Shown here one piece after another: positions 63,196 to 63,540 of a stretch of DNA of 63,540 nucleotides. The stretch is from NCBI GenBank assembly GCA_030265395.1, contig JARFYF010000029.1:12722052-12785591 (forward strand), in the 5' to 3' direction. A program made the translations under genes and the position numbers. The stretch comes from Rhina ancylostomus (Eukaryota). A model generated the notes under the pieces. It was not told the DNA's origin. It was given only the letters and a program-made list of their open reading frames with translations, and ran no database searches. Each line of letters opens with the position of its first letter. Position 1 is the first letter of the stretch.

Positions 63196-63540
63196 GCTCT
63201 GGATCACTGGCCTGGTGACTGTAATTTTCCCGAGTTCATCCCTCCCTTCAAATTCCCAATTTACATCTCTTTCAGGGATGGTGATGTATTACAAAGACTG
63301 ATCCAGAATACAACTTTAATTCACCTGACATCTTATTTACTAATATTAATTTCCCAAACTCAATTTTTTCATTTTGTTAATTTTCTTTCTTAAATCACCT
63401 TAGTAACTCTCACTGTTTTGTTTCTGCATTTCTAATAAGCTTAGTCTGGCACACTATTTTTTTCCTTTATTAATCTTATAGTCATTCTTTGCTGCTGCTT
63501 TATATTCTATCCAATCTTCTCGGATGTTGTAACTACCTTT

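Noticed and set aside
62479-63540. Looked for a further microexon or the next CADPS2 exon after GAQE
   Set aside because: No convincing acceptor/donor pair with CAPS-like coding; presumably beyond the window.
1-63540. Prokaryotic-type systems (CRISPR arrays, operons), rRNA, real tRNA genes, nested intact genes
   Set aside because: Spliced vertebrate locus; the tRNA-like boxes belong to SINE heads; no regular repeat-spacer array and no intact independent ORF was seen.

Overview
Vertebrate genomic DNA from a draft assembly with many N gaps. The SINE, CR1, Rex1/Babar and Penelope-like repeats point to a cartilaginous fish (shark or ray; this is an inference). The whole window lies inside one + strand gene, CADPS2 (CAPS2, Ca2+-dependent activator protein for secretion 2), over its MUN/MHD1 region. 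Reading splice sites by hand gives seven ordinary coding exons (777-900, 13752-13855, 19990-20146, 38702-38843, 43032-43151, 53709-53864, 62331-62478) and two microexons that the ORF track misses: an 18/21-nt NAGNAG exon at 1260/1263-1280 and a 9-nt 'GRE' exon at 17398-17406. Joined, they give an open 981-nt frame (327 codons) with consistent splice phases. The introns hold decayed LINEs, V-SINEs, a Tigger-like MITE, a probable piggyBac remnant, Penelope-like fragments with degenerate minimal hammerhead-ribozyme cores, a ~3.3-kb purine-rich cryptic minisatellite and a ~2.3-kb foldback-like inverted repeat. I see no convincing new multi-gene system, and nearly all other ORFs in the track are chance, repeat-derived or gap-spanning. 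The best leads are at the RNA level: the microexons with UGC/UGCAUG motifs, a near-perfect recursive-splice motif, candidate unannotated exons, hammerhead-bearing fold-backs and long intronic dsRNA. Family assignments come from motif recognition, not database searches, and repeat boundaries are approximate.
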